Of a stretch of DNA of 24,000 bases, positions 9,612 to 20,348 are shown piece by piece. Origin of the DNA: Phenylobacterium haematophilum (GTDB lineage Bacteria; Pseudomonadota; Alphaproteobacteria; Caulobacterales; Caulobacteraceae). The notes below the pieces were generated by a model, which saw nothing but the letters and a program-made list of their open reading frames with translations, did no database searches and was not told where the DNA came from. The stretch lies in contig NZ_JACIDK010000002.1 of assembly GCF_014196295.1 (NCBI RefSeq), positions 825,768 through 849,767 on the forward strand, written 5' to 3'. The position numbers were made by a program, and so were the translations under genes. The first letter of the stretch is position 1, and the number at the start of each line of letters is the position of its first letter.

Positions 9612-12600
9612 TTACTGCGCCGCCATGGCCTCCGCCTGGCGCAGATCGACGGAGACCAACTGAGAGACGCCGCGCTCGGCCATGGTCACGCCGAACAGCC
9701 GGTCCATGCGGGCCATGGTCACCGGGTTGTGGGTGATGGTGATGAACCGGGTCTCGGTGCGGCGGCGCATCTCGTCGAGCAGATTGCAGTAACGGTCGAC
9801 ATTGGCGTCGTCGAGCGGGGCGTCGACCTCGTCGAGCACGCAGATCGGCGCGGGCTGTGCGAGGAACACCCCGAAGATCAGGGCGCAGGCGGTCAGCGCC
9901 TGCTCGCCGCCGCTCATCAGGCTCATGGTTGAAAGCCGCTTGCCGGGCGGGCAGGCGTAGATCTCCAGGCCGGCCTCCAGCGGATCGTCGGACTCGACCA
10001 GCCGCAGCTCGGCCTGGCCGCCCTGGAACAGGGCCTGGAAGAGCGTCTTGAAGTGCTCGTTGATGACCTCGAACGCAGCGAGAAGCCGCTCGCGGCCTTC
10101 GCCGTTCAGTTCGTCGATGCCCTGGCGCAGCTTGGCGATGGCGCCGGTCAAGTCGGTGCGCTCGCTCATCATGGTCTCAAGGCGGGCGGCGTGCTCGCCA
10201 GCTTCCTCCTCGGCGCGCAGGTTCACCGCGCCGATCGAGTCGCGCTGCCGCTCCAGGGCGTAGAGGTGGGCCTCCATGCCGCCGGCGTCGGTCGGAATGG
10301 CGACAGCTTCTTCAGCCAGCTGGCGAGCGAGCTGCTCGGGCTCGACGCGCGCCGTCTCGCGGATCTGGGTCGTAATCTCTGTCAGGCGCTCAATCGCCGC
10401 CTCCAGCTTGGCGGCCAGCGAGGCGCGCAGCTCGCGGGCCTCGCCGGCGGCGGCTTCGGCCGCGCGCAGGGCGCGGTCGGCCTCGGTGCGGGCGCCCTCG
10501 GCCTGGGCCAGAGCGTCGGAGGACTGGGCGCGGCGAGCTTCGGCGGCGGCCAGTTCGTCCAGCAGCTTGCCGAGCCGCTCCTGGTGGGAGGAAGGGGCCT
10601 CCAGCGCCTTGTCGAGATTGGCTTGCACCTTGGCGCGCCCCTCGGCGAGGTCTTCGAGACGGCGGGCGGCGGTCTTGCCGCGACGGCTCCAGTCGTCGCT
10701 GTCGCGCTTGAGGTTTTCGTGGCGGCGCGCGCGGCCGTCGCGTTCGCGCACTTCCAGTTCGAGGGCCGAGCGCGCGGCCGACGCAGCCTCGCGCGCCGGG
10801 CCGGCGGCGGCGCGGGCGGCGGCCAGGCGTTCGACCAGATCCCCGGCCTCGCCCTGGCTCGAGGTTTCCGCGACGGCGGTGGCCAGGATCTGCTCGGCGT
10901 CGGCGAGCTCGGCCTCGAAGCGGCCGATCATGTCGTCGAGCGACTGGGCCTGAGCTTCGCGTCGGGTGGCCTCGCGGTCGAGCTTTTCGAGGACGCCGCG
11001 CGCGATGGTGACCTTCTGTTCGGCGGTGGGCGGTTCGCGGCGGGCGTTGCGGACGGCGTCTTCTGCGGCGCGGACCCGGGCCGATGCGGCGGCCAGCGCC
11101 TCCTTGGCGACGGCGGCGCGCGGCGAGATCGCTTCGATCTCGGTCTCGACCTCGGCCAGCCGGGTCTTCTGTTCCATGCGGATGGCGGCGGGCTTGGGCG
11201 CGTCGGCGCGGGCGACGAAGCCGTCCCAGCGCCAGAGGTCGCCTTCCTTGGAGACCAGCCGCGCGCCGGTCGGCAGTAATGCCTGCAGGCGGTCGCCGTC
11301 TTCGCGGGCGACAACGGCGATGTGCGCCAGGCGGGCGGCCAGAGCTTCGGGCGCCTTCACCTTGGCGGCCAGCGGTTCGACGCCGGGCGGCCAGGCGGCC
11401 GGTGCGGCCTCGCCGCCGCCCCAATAGGCCGGGGCCTTGGGATCGAGGGCCGCGTCGAGGTCGTCGCCGAGCGCGGCGGCGACCGCGCGCTCGTAGCCGC
11501 GAGCCGGCACGACCGAGTCGAGGGCCGGGGCGAAGCCGGCGCGGCGCTGCTGAGCGACGATCTGGGCCAGGGCGCGGGCCTCGGCGGTGAGCCGCCCGAG
11601 GTGTTCGTCCTGCTTGCGGGCGGCCTCGCGGGCTTCGGTCTCGGCGGCGGCGGCCTTGCCGCGTTCGTCCTCGGCGGTCTCCAGCGCGGCGCGGACGGCG
11701 GTCAGCGCGGCCTGGGCGCGTTCCAGCTCGACGCGGGCTTCTTCGATTTGCGGCGTGACGGCGGGACCGAGCTGGGCGCGCTCGCCCTTGGCCTGGTCGA
11801 GGGCGCGGCGGGTGCGCGAGACGCGGTTCTGGGCCTCGTCGACGCGGGCGGCGCCAGCGCGGCGGCGGGCCTCGTCGGCGGCGGCCTGGGCGGCCAGCTC
11901 CTCTACCGCCTTGTCGGCGGCGATGCGGGCCTCGTCGGCGGCGCGGGCGGCGGCTTCCAACTCCGGCACGCGCTCGGGGGCGGCCGCGATGGCGGCTTCC
12001 AGCGCCTCCAGGTCCTCGACCATACGCGCCAGGGCGGCCTGGGCGTCGTGGGCGATCTGAGTCTCGCGGGCGCGGTCGCCGTCGATGCGGGTCAAATCGC
12101 CGGTCAGGCGCTCGACCTCGGCGGCCAGGGCCTCGCCTTCGCGTTCCAGCCGGTCCTTGTCGATGGCCAGGCGGTGCAGGATCGCCGCGGCGATGGTCTC
12201 GGCCTCGCGCAGCGGCTTGATCGCCTCTTCGGCCTGGGCGGCGCGGGTGGTGGCGGCGGCGGCCTCGCGGGTGTTGGTTTCGACGGCGACCGCGGCGGCG
12301 GCGGCCTCCTCGCGCAGGCGCACGGCGGCGTCGCGGGCTTCGGACCAGCGGGCGAACAGCACCGCGCCTTGCAGGGCCCGGATCTCGGCTGAGAGTTTCT
12401 TGTAGCGCTCTGCCTGGCGGGCCTCGCGGCGCAGGCGGTTGAGCGCGGTCTCCAGTTCGCGGGAGACGTCGTCGAGCCGGGCGAGGTTGGTCTCGGCCGC
12501 GCGCAGCCGCAGCTCGGCCTCGTGCCGGCGCGAATGCAGGCCCGAGACGCCGGCGGCTTCTTCCAGGATCAGGCGGCGGTTCTGCGGCTTGGCGGCGATC

Positions 12601-13055
12601 AATTCGGAGATCTGCCCCTGGCGCACCAGGGCCGGAGAGTTAGAGCCGGTCGAGGCGTCGGCGAACAGCAGCTGGACGTCGCGGGCGCGCACTTCGCGGC
12701 CGTTGATCTTGTAGGTCGAGCCTGCGCCCTTATCGATCCGTCGTACGACCTCTAGCACCGGGGCGTCGTTGAAGGCCGGCGGGGCGCGGCGGTCGGCGTT
12801 GTCGATGGTGAGGACAACTTCGGCGTGGTTGCGCGAGGCGCGGTTCCCGGAGCCGGCGAAAATGACGTCGTCCATGCCGCCGGCGCGCATCGCCTTGGCG
12901 GAATTGGCCCCCATCACCCAGCGCAGAGCCTCCAGCAGGTTCGACTTGCCGCAGCCGTTCGGTCCCACGATGCCCGTGACTCCGGGCTCGATCCGAAACT
13001 CAGTCGGATCGACGAAGGATTTGAAGCCGGAGAGTCGGAGCCTCTGAAAATGCAC
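9612..13055 (-). CDS. smc: chromosome segregation protein SMC
   Basis: 1147 aa with a GTG start (M)[13 protein letters not shown] and Walker [10 protein letters not shown]. It has very long A/E/R coiled-coil arms, signature motif [10 protein letters not shown] and Walker [13 protein letters not shown] near the C-terminus. Confidence 0.96.
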   Translation of the reverse strand: MHFQRLRLSGFKSFVDPTEFRIEPGVTGIVGPNGCGKSNLLEALRWVMGANSAKAMRAGGMDDVIFAGSGNRASRNHAEVVLTIDNADRRAPPAFNDAPVLEVVRRIDKGAGSTYKINGREVRARDVQLLFADASTGSNSPALVRQGQISELIAAKPQNRRLILEEAAGVSGLHSRRHEAELRLRAAETNLARLDDVSRELETALNRLRREARQAERYKKLSAEIRALQGAVLFARWSEARDAAVRLREEAAAAAVAVETNTREAAAATTRAAQAEEAIKPLREAETIAAAILHRLAIDKDRLEREGEALAAEVERLTGDLTRIDGDRARETQIAHDAQAALARMVEDLEALEAAIAAAPERVPELEAAARAADEARIAADKAVEELAAQAAADEARRRAGAARVDEAQNRVSRTRRALDQAKGERAQLGPAVTPQIEEARVELERAQAALTAVRAALETAEDERGKAAAAETEAREAARKQDEHLGRLTAEARALAQIVAQQRRAGFAPALDSVVPARGYERAVAAALGDDLDAALDPKAPAYWGGGEAAPAAWPPGVEPLAAKVKAPEALAARLAHIAVVAREDGDRLQALLPTGARLVSKEGDLWRWDGFVARADAPKPAAIRMEQKTRLAEVETEIEAISPRAAVAKEALAAASARVRAAEDAVRNARREPPTAEQKVTIARGVLEKLDREATRREAQAQSLDDMIGRFEAELADAEQILATAVAETSSQGEAGDLVERLAAARAAAGPAREAASAARSALELEVRERDGRARRHENLKRDSDDWSRRGKTAARRLEDLAEGRAKVQANLDKALEAPSSHQERLGKLLDELAAAEARRAQSSDALAQAEGARTEADRALRAAEAAAGEARELRASLAAKLEAAIERLTEITTQIRETARVEPEQLARQLAEEAVAIPTDAGGMEAHLYALERQRDSIGAVNLRAEEEAGEHAARLETMMSERTDLTGAIAKLRQGIDELNGEGRERLLAAFEVINEHFKTLFQALFQGGQAELRLVESDDPLEAGLEIYACPPGKRLSTMSLMSGGEQALTACALIFGVFLAQPAPICVLDEVDAPLDDANVDRYCNLLDEMRRRTETRFITITHNPVTMARMDRLFGVTMAERGVSQLVSVDLRQAEAMAAQ

Positions 13056-13072
13056 GGGCCGGGGGCGCCTCC

Positions 13073-13687
13073 CTACCGCTTGGAGGCCGCGGCGACCGCC
13101 GCGTCGAGTTCGGCGGCGGTCATCTCGCCTTCCTTCACCTTCTTGCCGTTGAAGACGAAGGTGGGGGTGCCCGAGATCTCGCCCTGCTTGGCGTTGCGCG
13201 CGACGCGGGCGTTGAGCGCTTCGAGCGCGCTTTCGTCGGAGAGGCAGGCTTCGAACTGGGCTTCGCTCATGCCGCCTGCCTTGGCCGCGCCGACCAGCAC
13301 GGCGCGCGCGTCGCCGGTCTTGACCATCTCGTCATGGCCGCGGAACACCGCGTCGACGACGGTGAAGTACTTGTCCTTACCGGCGCAGCGGGCGGTGATG
13401 AAGCCGGCCGCGGCGACCTGGGCCGGCGGAGTCAGGATCTCTCGCAGGGTGTAGTGGACCTTGCCGGTGTCGATGTACTTCTTCTTGAAGGCCGGAAAGA
13501 CCTGGTTGTTGAAGGTTGCGCAGTGGCTGCAGCTGAGCGAGGCGTACTCGACCAGCTTCACCTTGGCCTTCGGATCGCCCAGCGTCATGTCGTCAGGCAG
13601 GGCCGCCGGCGCGGCCAGGGCCGAACCGGCGCACAGCGCTAGCGCCCCGAAGGCGGCGACGGCGATGCGGCGGTTCGGCTGGCGCAT
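13073..13687 (-). CDS. DsbA-family thiol:disulfide oxidoreductase, predicted soluble periplasmic form
   Basis: 204 aa with a cleavable signal-like N-terminus (...[15 protein letters not shown]) and thioredoxin-fold CxxC (SCSHCATF). Its stop is 17 nt before the smc start. Confidence 0.88.
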   Translation of the reverse strand: MRQPNRRIAVAAFGALALCAGSALAAPAALPDDMTLGDPKAKVKLVEYASLSCSHCATFNNQVFPAFKKKYIDTGKVHYTLREILTPPAQVAAAGFITARCAGKDKYFTVVDAVFRGHDEMVKTGDARAVLVGAAKAGGMSEAQFEACLSDESALEALNARVARNAKQGEISGTPTFVFNGKKVKEGEMTAAELDAAVAAASKR

Positions 13688-13690
13688 GGC

Positions 13691-14314
13691 TTACTTCGAG
13701 GCCTCGGCGACGGCCGCGTCGAGCTCGGCCATGGTCATCTCGCCTTCCTTGACCTTCTTGCCGTTGACGATGAACGACGGCGTGGCGGTGATCTTGTCGA
13801 CCTTGATGGCCTTTTCGACGCGCTCGTTCAGGGCCTTCAGCGCCGCTTCGTCGGTGATGCAGGCGTTGAACTTCTCTTCGGTCATGCCGGCCGACTGGGC
13901 CGTGCGCAGCAGGATCCCGCGCATGTCGCCGGTGGTGAACATCTCCTGCTGAGCATGGAAGATGGCGTCGGTGACCTGGAAGTACTTGTCCTTGCCGGCG
14001 CAGCGCGCGGTCAGGAAGCCGGCGGCGGCGACCTCGTTCGGCGGCGTCAGGAATTCCTTGAAGGTGTAATGCACCTTGCCGGTGTCGATGTACTTCTTCT
14101 TGAACTCGGGGAAGACCTCGTTGTTGAACTTGCCGCAGTGGCTGCAGGTCAGCGAGGCGTACTCAACGATCTTCACCTTGGCGTTCGGATCGCCCAGGGT
14201 CATGTCGGCGGTGTCGACGGACCCGGCGCCGCCGCTCTTGGAGCAGCCGGCCAGCGCGAGCGCGCCCAAGGCCGCAACGACGAGAAGACGACGGTTGAAG
14301 TTCGGCATTTGCAC
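13691..14314 (-). CDS. DsbA-family thiol:disulfide oxidoreductase, predicted lipoprotein paralog
   Basis: 207 aa with a lipobox LALAGCS and CxxC (TCSHCGKF). About 60% identical by eye to the downstream paralog, with clear DNA-level similarity. GAGGTG lies upstream of the ATG and the spacer to the next gene is 3 nt. Confidence 0.88.
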   Translation of the reverse strand: MQMPNFNRRLLVVAALGALALAGCSKSGGAGSVDTADMTLGDPNAKVKIVEYASLTCSHCGKFNNEVFPEFKKKYIDTGKVHYTFKEFLTPPNEVAAAGFLTARCAGKDKYFQVTDAIFHAQQEMFTTGDMRGILLRTAQSAGMTEEKFNACITDEAALKALNERVEKAIKVDKITATPSFIVNGKKVKEGEMTMAELDAAVAEASK

Positions 14315-14394
14315 CTCTGCGGAAGTCCGAATGAAAGATTAAAGCGCGATTCCCGGCTCGTGGAACGTGGGCTCCGGGGCAAAGTCAACCGGGC

Positions 14395-14940
14395 TCAGCC
14401 GGCGCCTCGCCGCATAACGCCCCGACCCAACCTGAGCAATGCGGCTTTCAGGGGGCCGTCGGGCGCGTTCTCCAGCGACTTGGCGAGTTCGGCCTCGCGG
14501 GCGGCGTCCAGCGGAGCGGCGCGCTTGCGCGCGGTCTTGGGCTCCGCCGCCGCGGCGGTGCGCAAGGGGCCCTGTACGATGCGCAGCTTGTTCACCGCCC
14601 CCTCGCCGAGGAACAGGTTTACCCGCGAGACAATCTCATGCGCCTGATGCTGGATCAGGGCGGCCGAGGCGCCGGCGACGCGGATCTCCAGCGCGCCCGG
14701 TCCGCCGCCGCGCGGCTTGGTCAGCTTCACCGGCTCGGTGCGCTTGGCCAGTTCGACGCCGACGATCTCGCGCCAGCGGGCCTGCAGCGCGCCGGGCCCC
14801 TGGCCGTACTTGGCGTCGAGTTCCTTGAGCAGCTTGGAGAGACCTCGCCCGGCGACCGGCGGCGGCCGGCGCTGCGGCCGCGTGCGCTTGCGCGCCAGGA
14901 TCTCGGCGGCTTCGGCGGGAGTGGGCAAGGGACGGGGCAT
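14395..14940 (-). CDS. DUF721 domain protein (DciA-family candidate helicase operator)
   Basis: ATG 14940 (MPRPLPTPAEAAEIL...). DUF721-like core W-REIVG-ELAKRTEP-KL...GALEIRVAGASAALIQHQAHEIVSRVNLFLG. It is divergent from mutY, a synteny (mutY / DUF721 / dsbA-like / smc) I recall as conserved in alphaproteobacteria. The track ORF extension to 15174 runs into mutY and is rejected. Confidence 0.8.
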   Translation of the reverse strand: MPRPLPTPAEAAEILARKRTRPQRRPPPVAGRGLSKLLKELDAKYGQGPGALQARWREIVGVELAKRTEPVKLTKPRGGGPGALEIRVAGASAALIQHQAHEIVSRVNLFLGEGAVNKLRIVQGPLRTAAAAEPKTARKRAAPLDAAREAELAKSLENAPDGPLKAALLRLGRGVMRRGAG

Positions 14941-14999
14941 CGGCCGGCACTCTACAACAAGGCTCCCGTCCGAGGCGAGGATCGGGTAGCTGAGGCCTT

Positions 15000-16046
15000 G
15001 TGACGCCCGAGACGCTCCGCGACCGCCTGCTGGCCTGGTACGACGCCAACGCCCGCGACCTGCCCTGGCGGGTCGGGCCGGCTGACCGTGCGCTGGGCGT
15101 GCGCGCCGATCCTTATCGCGTGTGGTTGTCGGAAGTGATGCTCCAGCAGACGACGGTGCCGCACGCCACGCCATACTTCCTCAAGTTCACGCACCGCTGG
15201 CCGAGCGTCGGCGATCTGGCGGCCGAGGACGACGGCGAGGTGATGGCCGCCTGGGCCGGGCTTGGCTACTACGCCCGGGCCCGCAATCTGCTGGCCTGCG
15301 CCCGTGCCGTGGCCCGAGACCATGGCGGGGTGTTTCCCGACACCGAGGAGCGATTGCGCGCTTTGCCGGGCTTTGGACCCTACACGGCCGCGGCGGTCGG
15401 GGCGATCGCCTTTGACCTGCCGACGAACGTGGTCGACGGCAATGTCGAGCGGGTGATGTCGCGGCTGTTCGCGGTGGAGACGCCGCTGCCGGACGGCAAG
15501 ACCGAGCTGAAGGCGCTGGCCGCGGCGCTGGTTCGCGACCATCGGCCGGGCGACTGGGCGCAGGCGCTAATGGACCTGGGCGCCACGGTCTGCCGCCCCA
15601 AGGCGCCGCTCTGCGACCGCTGCCCGGTCGCCGAGTTCTGCGCCGGCCTGGCCGGCGGCGAGCCGGAGACCTATCCGCGCAAGACGCCCAAGGCGGCGCG
15701 GCCGCATCGCAACGGCGTGGCCTACATCCTGACGCGCGGGAACGAGGTGGCGCTGGTCCGCCGGCCGCCCAAGGGGCTGCTGGGCGGCATGCTGGCCCTG
15801 CCGACCAGCGACTGGCGCGCGACCGGCTGGAGCGACGAAGAGGCTGCGGCCGCCGCGCCCGTCGGCGCCGACTGGCGCGCGGTCGGCGAGGTCGAGCACG
15901 TGTTCACGCACTTCAGCCTGACCCTTCGGCTGCTGCGGGCCGAGGGCGACGCGGGGGGCCTGATCTGGACGCCGCGCTCGGGCCTCGATGCGCTGCCGAG
16001 CGTGTTCCTCAAAGCCGCGCGGGCGGGGCTGAGCAACCTGATCTAG
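15000..16046 (+). CDS. mutY: A/G-specific adenine DNA glycosylase
   Basis: 348 aa with a GTG start. Features: LPWR motif, HhH-GPD region (LPGFGPYTAAAVGAIAF), 4Fe-4S loop CRPKAPLCDRCPVAEFC (C-x6-C-x2-C-x5-C), and a C-terminal NUDIX-like domain. Confidence 0.92.
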   Translation: MTPETLRDRLLAWYDANARDLPWRVGPADRALGVRADPYRVWLSEVMLQQTTVPHATPYFLKFTHRWPSVGDLAAEDDGEVMAAWAGLGYYARARNLLACARAVARDHGGVFPDTEERLRALPGFGPYTAAAVGAIAFDLPTNVVDGNVERVMSRLFAVETPLPDGKTELKALAAALVRDHRPGDWAQALMDLGATVCRPKAPLCDRCPVAEFCAGLAGGEPETYPRKTPKAARPHRNGVAYILTRGNEVALVRRPPKGLLGGMLALPTSDWRATGWSDEEAAAAAPVGADWRAVGEVEHVFTHFSLTLRLLRAEGDAGGLIWTPRSGLDALPSVFLKAARAGLSNLI

Positions 16047-16555
16047 CGGGCGAGCGCGGCCTGAACGAACGCGGCCTTGCCGGCGGTATAGGCGGCGCGG
16101 TCCGTGGGATGCTCGGCGACCAGTTGCGCCTTCAATCGCCCGTAGGCGTCGCGCAGGGCTGGATCGGCGCGAAGCCGATCTCGAAATTGAAGCGTCGCGA
16201 TCCACTCCGGACCGTCATGGACGACGAAGTGGGCGAGGTGGGTGCGCGCCGCGCCCTTGCCGAAGATGCGATGGCCCTCGACGCCGCCGTCGCCGGCGTC
16301 GTCATAGCCGAGCGCGATCATCACCGGGGCATGGCGGTCAGCGACGGAGAGGTCGGCGACGCCGATCAGCAGGTCGATGATCGGCTTGGCGGAAAGGCCG
16401 GGCACCGACGTGCTGCCGTAGTGTTCCAGGGCGACAATGTCGGCGCCGACCGCCGCGCGGATGCGGGCGGCCTCCTCCGCGAACGCCTGCCCCCATTGGG
16501 GATGCGACGCCGCCAGGCGGTTCTCGGTCCGCTCAAGTCCCAGGCCGTAGGCCAC
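16043..16555 (-). CDS. GrpB (UPF0157) family protein
   Basis: 170 aa with a GTG start. Signature HYGSTSVPGLSAKPIIDLLIGV and ...HLAHFVVHDGPEW...LQFRDRLRADPALRDAYGRLK. It starts 4 nt after the ccrM stop, and its stop overlaps the mutY stop (shared CTAG). Confidence 0.85.
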   Translation of the reverse strand: MAYGLGLERTENRLAASHPQWGQAFAEEAARIRAAVGADIVALEHYGSTSVPGLSAKPIIDLLIGVADLSVADRHAPVMIALGYDDAGDGGVEGHRIFGKGAARTHLAHFVVHDGPEWIATLQFRDRLRADPALRDAYGRLKAQLVAEHPTDRAAYTAGKAAFVQAALAR

Positions 16556-16559
16556 GCTC

Positions 16560-18783
<2,224 letters not shown>

Positions 18784-18791
18784 GTTCCCGC

Positions 18792-18818
18792 GATCGATCC
18801 GCGGGGGCTGGGCGTCAA
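18792..18818 (-). promoter_or_regulatory. candidate promoter for the DUF2332 gene, possibly giving a leaderless mRNA
   Basis: Minus strand reads TTGACGC (18812-18818), a 12-nt spacer, then GATCGATC (18792-18799; 5 of 7 defined positions of GCTANAWC). Only 8 nt separate the -10 from the ATG at 18783, and no properly spaced SD is present. GATTC (18823-18827) lies just upstream of the -35. Confidence 0.4.
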
Positions 18819-18833
18819 TCTTGATTCAATGGA

Positions 18834-19460
18834 TCAATCGACGATGTCGACGAGTTCGCCGCGCTCGATCAGGGCCAGGCGGATCGGCTCCCAACCGCGG
18901 CGATGGATCGGGCAGGGGCCCAGCGTGCGCAGGGCCTCGACGTGGACCTGGGCATGGTAGCCCTTGTGGCCGGCGAAACCGTAGCCGGGATAGAGGCCGT
19001 CCATCTCGACCATCAGCCGGTCGCGGGCGGTCTTGGCCAGGATCGAGGCCGCGGCGATCGAGGCGCTGATCGAGTCGCCCTTGACCACGGTCTTGATTTC
19101 ACAAGGCAATTTGAACTTGTAGTTGCCGTCGACGAGCGCGAATGCCGGCGTCACGGCCAGGGCCTCGACCGCGCGGCGCATGGCCAGGCCCGTGGCGTGC
19201 AGAATGTTCAGCTCGTCGATCTCGTCCACCGAGGCGAAGCCGACGCCCCAGGCGAGCGCGCACGACTTGATCTCCAGTTCCAGGGCGTCGCGGGCCTTGG
19301 CGCTGAGCTTTTTCGAGTCGTTGAGGCCTTCGGGCACCCGGTTCGGATCGAGGATCACGGCGCCGGCGCTGACCGGCCCGGCCCAGGGGCCGCGGCCGGC
19401 CTCGTCCACCCCGCAGACGGGGCCGGTCGGACAGGCCAGTTCGAGCATCATGTCGGGCAT
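18834..19460 (-). CDS. rnhB: ribonuclease HII
   Basis: 208 aa with the catalytic N-terminal motif [14 protein letters not shown] and ...DSKKLS...; further downstream [13 protein letters not shown]. Confidence 0.93.
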   Translation of the reverse strand: MPDMMLELACPTGPVCGVDEAGRGPWAGPVSAGAVILDPNRVPEGLNDSKKLSAKARDALELEIKSCALAWGVGFASVDEIDELNILHATGLAMRRAVEALAVTPAFALVDGNYKFKLPCEIKTVVKGDSISASIAAASILAKTARDRLMVEMDGLYPGYGFAGHKGYHAQVHVEALRTLGPCPIHRRGWEPIRLALIERGELVDIVD

Positions 19461-19461
19461 A

Positions 19462-20052
19462 CTAACGCACCAGCCGTTTGACTTGTTCGTGGCGGTGGCA
19501 GCAGGTCAGGTGGTCGTTGACGACGCCGACAGCCTGCATGAAGGCGTAGACGATCACCGGGCCGACGAACTTGAAACCCTTGGCTTTCAAGGCTTTGGAC
19601 ATCTCCTCGGCGACGCGGGTCTGAGCCGGCACCTGGCCGATCTCGGTCCACCTGTTCTGGACCACGCGGCCGTTGGTGAAGCTCCAGATGAACTGGCTGA
19701 AGTCCTCGCCCTTCTCGCGCATGTCGAGATAGAGCCGCGCGCTCTGGATGGCGGCGTCGATCTTGGCGTTCGAGCGGACGATGCCGGCGTTGGCCATCAG
19801 GGCGGCGCGCTCGGCCTCGCCGAAGCGGGCGACGAGGTCGGGATCGAAGCCGGCGAAGGCCTCGCGGAAGGCGTCGCGCTTTCGCAAGATCGTGATCCAG
19901 GCGAGGCCGGCCTGGAAGCCGTCGAGGACGAGCTTCTCCCAGAGGGCGCGCGCGTCGTACTCGGGCACGCCCCACTCGGTGTCGTGGTAGGCCTCGTAAA
20001 GCGGGTCGCCGGCCATGCCGCGCCAGCCGCATCGAATCAGATCGCCGGTCAT
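19462..20052 (-). CDS. tag: DNA-3-methyladenine glycosylase I
   Basis: 196 aa: RCGW...[15 protein letters not shown]...[17 protein letters not shown]...[23 protein letters not shown] aligns closely with E. coli Tag as I remember it. Its stop is 1 nt before the rnhB start. Confidence 0.92.
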   Translation of the reverse strand: MTGDLIRCGWRGMAGDPLYEAYHDTEWGVPEYDARALWEKLVLDGFQAGLAWITILRKRDAFREAFAGFDPDLVARFGEAERAALMANAGIVRSNAKIDAAIQSARLYLDMREKGEDFSQFIWSFTNGRVVQNRWTEIGQVPAQTRVAEEMSKALKAKGFKFVGPVIVYAFMQAVGVVNDHLTCCHRHEQVKRLVR

Positions 20053-20091
20053 GGGGCGCAGTCTTGGCTTTCGGCAGGGAGGGCTTCAAGC

Positions 20092-20223
20092 GCCGCCGAT
20101 AGCGGCCCTATCGGCAGGTTTTCGCCGCCGACTTGCAGCAAGCCGCCGATAGCTGCGCCAGGGCGCGGTTTGTCGCGGACGTTTCAATGTCTATCGGCGG
20201 CTATCGGCGCGCGGCAGGTTTTT
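20092..20223. repeat. array of GCCGCCGATAG / CTATCGGCGGC motifs in the tag-TBDR divergent spacer
   Basis: Forward copies: 20092-20102 and 20142-20152 (both exact), plus a degenerate copy at 20124-20133 (GCCGCCGACT). Reverse copies: 20108-20118 (CTATCGGCAGG), 20191-20201 (CTATCGGCGGC), 20201-20211 (CTATCGGCGCG). GGCAGGTTTT occurs at 20113-20122 and 20213-20222, exactly 100 bp apart. Confidence 0.75.
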
Positions 20224-20348
20224 GTCGGTTCTGACGAATGGCCGAAACAACAGCGACGGAAACTCGCCTCATCTCCCGTTCAGGAGAACAGAGGCAGTTA
20301 GCCGCAGAGCTTCTCCTCCATTCTCCCCAATGACCTGGATAGCACCTC

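Noticed and set aside
9857-12755. Numerous plus-strand ORFs (up to 408 aa) and an out-of-frame 344-aa minus ORF within smc
   Set aside because: They are products of the Ala/Glu/Arg-rich coiled-coil coding sequence (GCC/GAG/CGC repeats) and are open in several frames. SMC is intact and full length.
14941-15174. N-terminal extension of the DUF721 ORF (track start 15174)
   Set aside because: It would overlap 175 nt of mutY coding sequence on the opposite strand and is Arg/Pro/Gly-rich. ATG 14940 gives a normal DUF721-sized protein and leaves a 59-bp divergent promoter region.
20229-20242. Alphaproteobacterial LexA box (GTTC-N7-GTTC) at GTTCTGACGAATGG upstream of the TBDR and tag genes
   Set aside because: The second half-site is TGGC, not GTTC, so only one half matches.
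20222-20348. Riboswitch (TPP or cobalamin) in the TBDR leader, suggested by ACCTGGATAGCACC resembling the TPP-box ACCTGATCTGGATAATGCC
   Set aside because: There is no CUGAGA element (only CTGACG, about 100 nt away), no B12 box, and the helices cannot be assembled. The similarity is too short to count.
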